A program made the translations under genes and the position numbers. From a virus (lineage: Duplodnaviria > Caudoviricetes), in IMG/VR virus record IMGVR_UViG_3300005805_000417, positions 1-26,057 of that record: a stretch of DNA of 26,057 nucleotides; one strand, written 5' to 3'. The notes under the pieces are model-generated. The model saw nothing but the letters and a program-made list of their open reading frames with translations. It was not told the DNA's origin and did not search any database. Shown here piece after piece: positions 17,156-24,513 of the stretch; position 1 is the stretch's first letter; the number at the start of each line of letters is the position of its first letter.

Positions 17156-18064
17156 TCACAGGCTGTCCGCATGCAGCACCAGCAGGGCTTCGATCAGGTT
17201 CGCACCTGTCGGCATGGCAACACCTTCGGCCTTACAGCGTGCTTGCAACTGAAGCAACGTCTGTTCGACTTCTTCATTCGACAACTGGTTGCTCAGAACT
17301 TGTATTAAACCTAAATCAATATCTTTTAAATACATATCCTTTAAAGACTTACTTATAGGTGTTCTTTCTGTGTTCTTGGCAACCTCTGGAGGTTGCTCAT
17401 AGGTTGCCAATGGACTGCTTAATTCTTGAGCAGTAGTGGCAACCGTATTAGGTTGCTTATGTGACGGCTTCGCTTTCTTCTTTGCGGCAATCTCTGCTTT
17501 CATCTTTGCAACGGTTACTGTGTCGCCTTTTGGCATCTGATACTCCTTTGCTGGTTGGTTGATCGGCTTGACCACGCCTCTGATCATTTCTTGGATGCGT
17601 TTGAGTCCTTCCGGGTCTGGCGTCATGTCCTGCATCTGCTCCTCCTTCATGTAGGGTGGTCTGGTGTCTTCGATGCTGCTGGTGACTGCAATCGCTGTCT
17701 CCACGTCCACAGTCGGGTCGAAGATGACGCGCACGGTGTCCGGCCTAATGCCGCGGTAATGCCTGCTGACTACCTCGATGTATCCGGCTTCCTTGAGCTT
17801 CTTGATCTGCTTGGTGATGGCCTGACGGCTGACACCTGAGTCCTTGGCCAGCCTTGCCTGGCTGACCCAGGTCACGCCTGCCCGGTTGCAGAAGCTGCAC
17901 ACCAGCGCTAAGGTTCTGAACATGCCATCGGTCAGCGCCTTGTCATGCACGGCTCGGATTGGCATGACGGCAACCTTGCGCTGATCCGGTGCCGGCTCCT
18001 TTTCCTTGATCCGCGGCTTCTTGGGCAGCGTGAATGGCACAATGTTGTCAGGCACGGCGCTCAT
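17156..18064 (-). CDS. Replication initiator, N-terminal winged HTH (lambda O-like layout, 302 aa)
   Basis: WVSQARLAKDSGVSRQAITKQIKKLKEAGYIEV HTH; iterons and AT-rich tract inside the gene. Confidence 0.8.
   Translation of the reverse strand: MSAVPDNIVPFTLPKKPRIKEKEPAPDQRKVAVMPIRAVHDKALTDGMFRTLALVCSFCNRAGVTWVSQARLAKDSGVSRQAITKQIKKLKEAGYIEVVSRHYRGIRPDTVRVIFDPTVDVETAIAVTSSIEDTRPPYMKEEQMQDMTPDPEGLKRIQEMIRGVVKPINQPAKEYQMPKGDTVTVAKMKAEIAAKKKAKPSHKQPNTVATTAQELSSPLATYEQPPEVAKNTERTPISKSLKDMYLKDIDLGLIQVLSNQLSNEEVEQTLLQLQARCKAEGVAMPTGANLIEALLVLHADSL
17300..17460. other. Putative replication origin: iterons plus AT-rich unwinding region
   Basis: TGGCAACC-N5-AGGTTGCTyAT at 17377 and 17437 (60 bp apart), extra AGGTTGCCA at 17401, adjoining AT-rich 17300-17360. 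Confidence 0.75.
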
Positions 18065-18464
18065 TCTTTTCCCTTAACTTGGCCTGCAGCAGGTCAGCAA
18101 ACTCGGTCGGCTTCTTGGTGACGTTCCACAACGCCTTGACCTCAGCCGTGGACAGGCCGCGCCATTCGCGCTGTGGTGGGGCGGTGTAGAGTGGACTTCT
18201 TCCTTCTCCGGGGTTTTTGTAAATTGTTCCGCAGCTAACCGAGTCAAAGTGCTGACGTACTTCATCAAGCTTTACCCAACTTTCCACGGCGTTCCAGTAT
18301 TCAAGCGGCTCCGGTTCAGGTGCGCTTAGTCTGGCGCGGAGGGTTTCGATTGCTGCAACGTGCTCCATAACTACGGAGTGATGCACGTTATCCGCCACAG
18401 CAAAATGAGTGCTTTCCATGATGTACAGCACCTGCTGCGCTTCCTCGCGGGTCAAAGTAATCAT
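18048..18464 (-). CDS. Hypothetical phage protein (138 aa)
   Basis: Coupled ORF; LRARL..PEPEP and PLYTAPPQREWRGL motifs typical of modular phage accessory proteins. Confidence 0.7.
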   Translation of the reverse strand: MITLTREEAQQVLYIMESTHFAVADNVHHSVVMEHVAAIETLRARLSAPEPEPLEYWNAVESWVKLDEVRQHFDSVSCGTIYKNPGEGRSPLYTAPPQREWRGLSTAEVKALWNVTKKPTEFADLLQAKLREKNERRA

Positions 18465-18661
18465 GCCTGCCCCTCGTCTATCTCAACGGTCGACTGCTCC
18501 TCGTACGCAAGGACATCCGACATCCGGTAACGGATCAGCCCGCCGATCCTCAGAAACTTGACGCCCTGTTTCATCGACCTGTTCCGCTCAAGAGTTGCCT
18601 CGCTGACCTGCCAGCGGAATGCCAGTTCTTCCTGCGTCATCAATTGTTCGCGCTCGTTCAT
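18461..18661 (-). CDS. Excisionase/AlpA-like HTH protein (66 aa)
   Basis: LMTQEELAFRWQVSEATLERNR...FLRIGGLIRYRMSDVLAYE; ATGA overlap gives start 18661. Confidence 0.85.
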   Translation of the reverse strand: MNEREQLMTQEELAFRWQVSEATLERNRSMKQGVKFLRIGGLIRYRMSDVLAYEEQSTVEIDEGQA

Positions 18662-18855
18662 GCCACCCCCCAGATCTTCGCAGCCAGCTTGAACAGCGCC
18701 TTCTCGTTGGTCTTGCCCTGCGACTTGTAGATGCTGACCGTCTTGCGCTCCAAACAGCACTTGCACACCCAGCGGGCAGTGCGCCGAGCTCGTTTGAACT
18801 CCCCGCCTGCCTGGTCTCGAGTTGCTTGGCAGCTGGTACAAAACCGGGTGCTCAT
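18658..18855 (-). CDS. Small zinc-finger protein (65 aa)
   Basis: CTSC...CKCC; ATGA overlaps at both ends. Confidence 0.72.
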   Translation of the reverse strand: MSTRFCTSCQATRDQAGGEFKRARRTARWVCKCCLERKTVSIYKSQGKTNEKALFKLAAKIWGVA

Positions 18856-19055
18856 GCCATGTACCCGCGGATCTTGCTGATCTCCCAGCCCACCATGTCG
18901 TGAACGCGCAGGATGGTCTCTGCAGTCACCGGCAGACGTTTAGAGCGCAGCTTGCTGATCACCGACGGCTGCACCTTTAGCAGACGAGCAAGCGCTGCAT
19001 CGTTCTTTAGCTCCAGCTCGGCCTTGATGCCATCAAGAAGTTTGTGTTCTTTCAT
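18852..19055 (-). CDS. Cro/XRE-like HTH protein (67 aa)
   Basis: NDAALARLLKVQPSVISKLRS; AGGAG SD. Confidence 0.8.
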   Translation of the reverse strand: MKEHKLLDGIKAELELKNDAALARLLKVQPSVISKLRSKRLPVTAETILRVHDMVGWEISKIRGYMA

Positions 19056-19073
19056 TTTTTTTATCTCCTTTGG

Positions 19074-19943
19074 TTAGTCGCCGCAGAAGCAGGCCATGCC
19101 TTCTTCGGCTTTATCAAACATGTCTATCTGCTTGCTGGCGTACCGCACCATCTCCGCATAGGTCGGACGATCTCCGCGGAAAATGTTCCCTGACGCCTTT
19201 TCAGACAGCCCCATGCTCTCCATCCTTGCCCACCAGACAGCCCGCTCGGGCTTCTCGGCGATCAACGTGAAGATCTGATTGGCGGGCTTGAGGAAACAAA
19301 GGTCGCAGTTTCCGGCAAGCGTCCTGCCTTGGTAGGTCGGTAGCTCCAGGCCGAACGGCTGGGCATCCCAGAAAGCGGCTATGTCGGCAACCGTCACGCC
19401 GGTATCTGCGAGCGGCATCCGCATGGTTTCTTTGGTGGTCTCGGTGCTGTGACCTCGAGCTCGTATCTTGGCCACCCGACGATGCTCGTCATGCCGGATG
19501 CCGATCATCTGATCCCACTCGATCTGCTCAACATCCCAGCCCAGCGCCTGCCAGTTCGCCCGCAGCCATCGGTGCATCGTTCTGATCTTGAGCTCGACGG
19601 TGCAAAACCTGGTGACAGGGTTCGGAAGGTAATTGCGCTTTCGGATGATGGCCTCGAAGGGCGCGCCATCGCGGCTCGCTGTCTCGTAGTCGACCTCAAC
19701 AAAACCAGACTCAGAATCCCTGAACTCAAGCCAATGGATCTGGACGCCCCAATGCAGCCCGCAGTCACGCACAAACCGCAGCGTGGCTTCCTCCTCCTTG
19801 CCTGTGTTTGCAAAACAAACAACAGCCGCTTTTGGTAATTGGCCGCCATTGCTCTGCAGCACTCGCCAGAGCATGTAAGCACTGGTGCGGCCACCACTGA
19901 AGCTGATGCAGGTCGGGCTGTCGATTTTGAATGGGTCGTTCAT
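19074..19943 (-). CDS. PAPS-reductase-family (PP-loop adenine nucleotide alpha-hydrolase) protein (289 aa)
   Basis: SFSGGRTS PP-loop, FANTGKE, RFCTVELK, IGIRHDE, GNCDLCFLK, terminal CFCGD. Confidence 0.88.
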   Translation of the reverse strand: MNDPFKIDSPTCISFSGGRTSAYMLWRVLQSNGGQLPKAAVVCFANTGKEEEATLRFVRDCGLHWGVQIHWLEFRDSESGFVEVDYETASRDGAPFEAIIRKRNYLPNPVTRFCTVELKIRTMHRWLRANWQALGWDVEQIEWDQMIGIRHDEHRRVAKIRARGHSTETTKETMRMPLADTGVTVADIAAFWDAQPFGLELPTYQGRTLAGNCDLCFLKPANQIFTLIAEKPERAVWWARMESMGLSEKASGNIFRGDRPTYAEMVRYASKQIDMFDKAEEGMACFCGD

Positions 19944-20197
19944 TTCTTATATCGTTTGATCATGTCATTGCGCAGCTTTGTGCGAGCCTCTGTGCCGCGC
20001 TCTTTCTCCACCCCATCCAAGTAGTCGCGCTTGGTGATGCGCGGCTTCCTGGCCTTGTCTGGCAGGCGCAGAGCCCACCGAACCTCACACTCATGCCGCC
20101 ATGCCTCGCTGTGCGTGCAGACCAGCACGCCATCGACCTCCGCAGTGCGCGGCTGCCAATGGCTGCTATTGCATATTGGACAATGATCACAGGCCAA
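19940..20197 (-). CDS. Hypothetical Cys/His-rich protein (85 aa)
   Basis: CPIC and HSEAWRHECE; coupled to the downstream gene. Confidence 0.68.
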   Translation of the reverse strand: MACDHCPICNSSHWQPRTAEVDGVLVCTHSEAWRHECEVRWALRLPDKARKPRITKRDYLDGVEKERGTEARTKLRNDMIKRYKK

Positions 20198-20303
20198 GGA
20201 AGCGCCTGTGATAACGGCGAGCGGCTTTCATGGCTGCAATCACGCCCAGGCCGCTGCACTTCCACAGCCAAAAGCACCGCCAGAACTTGCGCACCTTGGT
20301 CAT
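20187..20303 (-). CDS. Small basic hypothetical peptide (38 aa, MTKVRKFW...)
   Basis: ATGA overlap with the upstream stop at 20300-20303; fills the operon gap. Confidence 0.5.
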   Translation of the reverse strand: MTKVRKFWRCFWLWKCSGLGVIAAMKAARRYHRRFLGL

Positions 20304-20500
20304 TTGACCCTCCGCATCTTCTTGGCCTGCTCCTGCTCGACCATCTGCTTGCGGATGCGCTTGAACTTCTCGGCCAGATCCATTGCTGTGCCACCCGGCT
20401 TGTACTTCCAGTTCGGGTTCCACACCGATGGCGTGGTGTCCTTCTTTTCGTTTGCCTTCTTCTTCACTTCAGTCGGCATCTGTATCAAGTTTGCTTTCAT
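20300..20500 (-). CDS. Basic hypothetical protein (66 aa)
   Basis: GGAGA SD before ATG 20500; Lys-rich. Confidence 0.65.
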   Translation of the reverse strand: MKANLIQMPTEVKKKANEKKDTTPSVWNPNWKYKPGGTAMDLAEKFKRIRKQMVEQEQAKKMRRVK

Positions 20501-20837
20501 GTATCTCTCCCACAGACCAAACACACAATCCCTTGCCGCCCAAACGGCGGTGCTCTTTTTTCATCAATATCTGCCCGCGCTTTAACATCCGCTTGCAGTG
20601 GTGCATTAGCGCATCAGGCGTCGTGACCGTGCCATCTGCAGCCAGGTGCTCGTACAGATCCGGCGTGGTCATCGGCCCGTTCTGTAATGCCTGCACGATC
20701 GCAGCACGCACGTCTGGCTTGTTCTCGAGCTCGCGTTGGTAGTGCCCAAGGCCAATGTTGATGACGCGCCTGCCGCCTCCCTTGGGGATCTCGAGGCGCT
20801 CGCCCTGCAGCTGCCTGATCACCCAGTCCCAGTTCAT
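20469..20837 (-). CDS. Hypothetical protein, possible winged helix (122 aa)
   Basis: ATGA overlap with the resolvase stop; AIVQALQNGPMTTPDLYEHL pattern. Confidence 0.62.
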   Translation of the reverse strand: MNWDWVIRQLQGERLEIPKGGGRRVINIGLGHYQRELENKPDVRAAIVQALQNGPMTTPDLYEHLAADGTVTTPDALMHHCKRMLKRGQILMKKEHRRLGGKGLCVWSVGEIHESKLDTDAD

Positions 20838-21154
20838 TTCAGCTGGTCGCGCATCATCGGCAGGAAGTCTTTGAGCAGCAGGCATACCCGCCACGGTTGA
20901 CCATTGCGCCTGTATGCCAGCACCGGCACCTCGCCGACCTGGGCGCAGGCTTCGACCTGCTCGCTCCATTTGTCCACCTGTAGCCTTTCCTGCCGCTTCA
21001 CCTCGATGCGGAACTGGGCGACGGTAATGTCATCCGCGCCATCCCGCGCCTGGCCAAGGTTGCGCTTCACCACAAAACCCAGCTCATCACAGAGCAGGGC
21101 AGCGAGCTCGCGCTCACCAGCCGCACCCTTGTTGCGCTTCCCGCGGCCATTCAC
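20834..21154 (-). CDS. Hjc-type PD-(D/E)XK Holliday junction resolvase/nuclease (106 aa)
   Basis: NKGAAGERE...GADDI...IEVKRQE. Confidence 0.85.
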   Translation of the reverse strand: MNGRGKRNKGAAGERELAALLCDELGFVVKRNLGQARDGADDITVAQFRIEVKRQERLQVDKWSEQVEACAQVGEVPVLAYRRNGQPWRVCLLLKDFLPMMRDQLK

Positions 21155-21336
21155 GCGGCACCTAGCAGGCGCTTGAGGCGGGTCTCGGCGGTCTCGTACC
21201 GCTTGCCGTACGCCTCGAGGATCAGCTCCTCAAGGATCGACGTGCGGCTGCGGCGCTGCTCGTCTGCAGCCTGGTCGAGCAGGGCGCGAACTTCGGGCCG
21301 CATCCGCATGAAAAACATCTGATAGGGCTTCTCCAT
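21151..21336 (-). CDS. Ribbon-helix-helix (Arc/CopG-like) regulator (61 aa)
   Basis: MFFMRMRPEVRALLDQAADEQRRSRTSILEELI; GGAG SD before ATG 21336; first gene of the leftward operon. Confidence 0.8.
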   Translation of the reverse strand: MEKPYQMFFMRMRPEVRALLDQAADEQRRSRTSILEELILEAYGKRYETAETRLKRLLGAA

Positions 21337-21365
21337 GTACAAACTCCAAAAGGAAGGATTGCAGG

Positions 21366-21394
21366 AAGATATATCAGACCTGACGAGATCGCAA
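21366..21394 (-). promoter_or_regulatory. Leftward sigma70-like promoter
   Basis: TTGCGA-N17-TATCTT upstream of the RHH gene. Confidence 0.55.
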
Positions 21395-21438
21395 CGCTTG
21401 TCAGAATTGAACCAGACCAAAAAGATACGTTTGGGTAC

Positions 21439-21468
21439 TTGACACGGTATTTCTTGCGGATATATATT
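21439..21468 (+). promoter_or_regulatory. Rightward sigma70-like promoter
   Basis: TTGACA-N18-TATATT upstream of the recombinase (AGGAGG SD). Confidence 0.7.
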
Positions 21469-21519
21469 TCGCTCAACGGTCATCGCGACCGTCACCCTAC
21501 CGACTGACAGGAGGACAGC

Positions 21520-22200
21520 ATGGCACCGCATCAAGGCAAGTTTGTCGCCTACTACCGAGTCTCTACCGACCGCCAAGGGCAGTCTGGTCTTGGCATCGAG
21601 GCACAGCAGGAAGCTGTGCGTACATTCCTCAATGGTGGCCGCTGGTCAGTGATCGGCGAGTTCACCGAAATCGAATCCGGTACCCGCAAGCGCCTCAAAG
21701 ATCGCCCGATGCTGAAAGCTGCGCTTGAGCTCGCACGCAAGCAGAAAGCCACGCTGGTGGTCGCCAAGCTCGATCGCCTGGCACGCGACGTTCAGTTCAT
21801 CTCGACCCTGTTGAACGGCAAGGTGCAGTTTGTTTGCGCTGACATGCCGCAGGCCGACCGCACGTTCCTGCAGATGGTCAGCGTGTTCTCTGAGTACGAA
21901 GCAAAGCGGATCTCTGAGCGCACCAAGGACGCGCTGGCAGCGCTCAAGCGCCAGGGCAAGGTGCTGGGCAGCCCGACGCCTGAGATCGGTAGCGCCGAGG
22001 GCGTGCGAGTCATCAAGGAAAAGGCAGACGCCTACGCAGACAAGGTCGGGCCGATCGTGCGCGACATCATCCGCAAGTCAGGTGCCAGCACCATGCGCGA
22101 CATCGCCGCAGCGCTGACAGCTCGCGGCATCGAGACACCACGCGGCAACACCGACTGGTACCCCAGCCAGGTATCGAACTTGCTCAAGAGGATCAAGTAA
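21520..22200 (+). CDS. Small serine recombinase (resolvase/invertase catalytic domain plus short recombinase-type DNA-binding tail, 226 aa)
   Basis: YYRVSTDRQ catalytic Ser, VAKLDRLAR, EAKRISERTK, IAAALTARGIETPRG..W. Confidence 0.93.
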   Translation: MAPHQGKFVAYYRVSTDRQGQSGLGIEAQQEAVRTFLNGGRWSVIGEFTEIESGTRKRLKDRPMLKAALELARKQKATLVVAKLDRLARDVQFISTLLNGKVQFVCADMPQADRTFLQMVSVFSEYEAKRISERTKDALAALKRQGKVLGSPTPEIGSAEGVRVIKEKADAYADKVGPIVRDIIRKSGASTMRDIAAALTARGIETPRGNTDWYPSQVSNLLKRIK

Positions 22201-22379
22201 TGGACGCGATCAAACCCTTCCTGGTGATCGGCGCATTGGTCGCCGCCACCATGCTGGTCGGCTACCTGCTGCGGCGCTATGAGAGAAAACACTGGCAACC
22301 GCTTGATGAGACACAGATAAAAAATTTGCAGGCGATCGTCGATGACATGCGCAAAAACCGCGACGATATTTCTAGGTGA
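22200..22379 (+). CDS. Single-pass membrane peptide (59 aa; not in ORF track)
   Basis: TAATG-coupled; MDAIKPFLVIGALVAATMLVGYLLRRYERKHW... Confidence 0.65.
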   Translation: MDAIKPFLVIGALVAATMLVGYLLRRYERKHWQPLDETQIKNLQAIVDDMRKNRDDISR

Positions 22380-22401
22380 TATACTGTTCTTTCATACAGT
22401 A
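22377..22401 (+). promoter_or_regulatory. LexA (SOS) box overlapping an extended -10 promoter
   Basis: TACTG-TTCTTTCATA-CAGTA (22382-22401) matches TACTG-N10-CAGTA; TGnTATACT at 22377-22385. Confidence 0.82.
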
Positions 22402-22425
22402 TTATTATTTTAAGGATAATTATCA

Positions 22426-22764
22426 ATGAGTTATGAGCCCGTGAAGCCGTTGGACGGCGTGAAAGACCTGGATCGCAAAACCGTGGCCAAGTATTTCAAT
22501 CGAGTCGGTCGCGGCTTGAACTGCCGGCTCGATGTGCCGCTGTTGGTCATTGATGACATTAAATGGGCAGCCAAGATCTTTGGCGATCTTTCTAAAGACC
22601 TGACCCAGATTGCCTGGGAAGATCAACGCACCGACATTTGGCGCGTGCTTGAGGCCAGATACGCAATGGAAGCAGCCAAGCGCACACTCCATCAGCGCAA
22701 CGAGCGCCGGGTCGGCAAGGCCGAATACAAAAAACTCACAAACAACCCGTACCACAACAGGTAG
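22426..22764 (+). CDS. Hypothetical protein, probably SOS-inducible (112 aa)
   Basis: TAAGGA SD; directly behind the LexA box. Confidence 0.75.
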   Translation: MSYEPVKPLDGVKDLDRKTVAKYFNRVGRGLNCRLDVPLLVIDDIKWAAKIFGDLSKDLTQIAWEDQRTDIWRVLEARYAMEAAKRTLHQRNERRVGKAEYKKLTNNPYHNR

Positions 22765-22833
22765 TAGGTCTAACGTCAATGACCGTTTGGATTTTTGCAA
22801 CCAGTCGTAACACCCTGAAGGAGGACAAAAAAC

Positions 22834-23055
22834 GTGGAAAAACATCAGCAAACACCAACAACTAGACGCGCATATGTGTATTGCGGTTATTTGAATCGCA
22901 ACAACTACATACGGGGTTTCGCGCATAATTTGTATTCCGACTATTTGGTCGGCAAACACAAGATTCTTGCACCGCAGCAAGACCCTGACATCCCCGTCTT
23001 GATCGTCAGCGCCATCGGCATCCTGGCCGTCATCGCCCTGGCAATCCTTACCTGA
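22834..23055 (+). CDS. Hypothetical protein with C-terminal transmembrane helix (73 aa)
   Basis: AAGGAGG SD, GTG start, hydrophobic C-terminus. Confidence 0.62.
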   Translation: MEKHQQTPTTRRAYVYCGYLNRNNYIRGFAHNLYSDYLVGKHKILAPQQDPDIPVLIVSAIGILAVIALAILT

Positions 23056-23067
23056 CGGGGTTCCGAC

Positions 23068-23379
23068 ATGCTCCCCGTTACCGGTCGCGACCTGCGCGAC
23101 GCCCAGCTTGCGCTCTTTGAACACAGAGACACAGAGTTCCTCGAGCACTGCCGAGCACTAGCCGTTGAGATCTGCCGGGAACAAGGGCAGGTCAGCATCA
23201 ACGACATTCGAGCACAGCTGCGCTTGCCCGCAGAGCTCCACCCGTCCGTCCTGGGCGCGGTTTTCAGGTCAAAAAAATTCACGGCAATCGGTTTCACCGA
23301 AGCCACCCATAAAGCCGCTCACGCTCGCGTCGTGCGCGTCTATCAACTATCCGAGGAGGAGAATCAAAATGGTCAATAA
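23068..23379 (+). CDS. Hypothetical protein, possible winged helix (103 aa)
   Basis: QVSINDIR...HPSVLGAVF...HARVVRVY; overlaps the exonuclease start. Confidence 0.72.
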   Translation: MLPVTGRDLRDAQLALFEHRDTEFLEHCRALAVEICREQGQVSINDIRAQLRLPAELHPSVLGAVFRSKKFTAIGFTEATHKAAHARVVRVYQLSEEENQNGQ

Positions 23380-24322
23380 GGTAACACCCAACACCATGCT
23401 GTCAGCCAGCAGGCTGCCGGCAATCATGGGTCTGTCGAAGTACAGCACACCCAACGATGAGCTCGAGTACAGCATCAACGCATTGAAGGGCATCGAGTTC
23501 GAGAACGAGTCCAAAGAAAGCATGGAGTGGGGCAACATGCTTGAGCCAATCATTCTGGCTGAAGCAGCCAAGCGATTAGAACTCGCCGACCTGCAGACCG
23601 AGCACACCGTGGCCATGTACCACGATGACCTGCCGCTCTGCTGCAGCCTGGACGGCACCGCAGACGGCCACGGCCAGGTCATCCGCACTGACGTTGACGC
23701 CGGGATCTTTGTCATCGGGCAAGAAAGCATCACGCTTGAAGGCATGGGCGTGCTCGAGGCCAAGCTCACCGCGGTATCGCCCGAGGATGCGCCAGCTCTG
23801 CACCGTGGCCCGATCCAGCTGCAGGGTCAGATGGACATCATGCAGGTCAAGTGGGGCGCGGTCTGCGTGCTGTACCGCGGCACCGAGCTGCGCATCTTCC
23901 TGTTCGCTCCGCACCAACAAACGATCGACACGATCGCCCAGGTGACCCGCGACTTCCAGCGCCGGCTCGATGCATTCAAGGCGACAGGCGAGATCGAGTA
24001 TTACCCGCCGGCCAGCAGTGATGATGCCGATCGGATGTGGCCAGTGGCCAAAGACAAAGTCGTGCAGCTGGATGTCGAGGCCGAGCTTCTGGCAGCAAAG
24101 ATCATGGACGCCAACAAGCGGGCTAAGGATGCAGCTGACGACAAGGCTGCAGCCGAGAAAGATCTGAAGATCTTGCTGGGTGACGCCAAGGCAGCAGTGG
24201 CCGGCAGGTATGAGATCAAGTGGCCGATGCGTAGCTACCAGGCACAGCCGCAGAAGATCGTGCCGGCCAAGGAAGCATACTCGATTCGCCAATCCACCCT
24301 GTCAGTCAAGGAGGTCGCATGA
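23369..24322 (+). CDS. YqaJ/lambda-exonuclease-family recombinase nuclease (317 aa)
   Basis: SASRLPAIMGLSKY, WGNMLEP, SLDG, LEAK, QLQGQM; GAGGAG SD before ATG 23369. Confidence 0.9.
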   Translation: MVNKVTPNTMLSASRLPAIMGLSKYSTPNDELEYSINALKGIEFENESKESMEWGNMLEPIILAEAAKRLELADLQTEHTVAMYHDDLPLCCSLDGTADGHGQVIRTDVDAGIFVIGQESITLEGMGVLEAKLTAVSPEDAPALHRGPIQLQGQMDIMQVKWGAVCVLYRGTELRIFLFAPHQQTIDTIAQVTRDFQRRLDAFKATGEIEYYPPASSDDADRMWPVAKDKVVQLDVEAELLAAKIMDANKRAKDAADDKAAAEKDLKILLGDAKAAVAGRYEIKWPMRSYQAQPQKIVPAKEAYSIRQSTLSVKEVA

Positions 24323-24513
24323 AAAAAGAGCGCGAACTGACCAACCTTGAGAAGGCACACTCACGCGCCGTGCTGTCTCTGCTTAACACCATCCCACGCT
24401 GCAGTGAGGATGAGGCCAACGAAATTGTCGAGAGCTTCACCGCCCTCGTTCTTTACACCATCGAAGCGTTCCTGCCGGAGGGAGAAAAGCATGACTCAAC
24501 TGACTACAACTAA
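24319..24513 (+). CDS. Hypothetical protein (64 aa)
   Basis: AAGGAGG SD; ATGA overlap. Confidence 0.68.
   Translation: MKKERELTNLEKAHSRAVLSLLNTIPRCSEDEANEIVESFTALVLYTIEAFLPEGEKHDSTDYN

Noticed and set aside
16358-17308. 316-aa plus-strand ORF and 107/117-aa minus ORFs across the non-coding region
   Set aside because: Low-complexity Ser/Arg/Pro translations overlapping real genes; no RBS; the region is better explained by regulatory structures
17377-17460. 60-bp-periodic repeats as a possible mini CRISPR array
   Set aside because: Only two units, palindromic, inside a coding initiator gene next to an AT-rich tract; no cas genes; they fit iterons
21346-21362. GCAATC-N7-TTGGA resembling the late-promoter dyad
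   Set aside because: Mismatched half-site, coincides with the RHH SD, and no TAGAAT at the expected distance
23165-24490. Long N-terminal extensions of YqaJ (from 23165) and RecT (from 24347); likewise 18841, 20969, 21576 and 5881 starts
   Set aside because: They overlap other credible genes; internal ATGs have SD sequences or stop-start coupling
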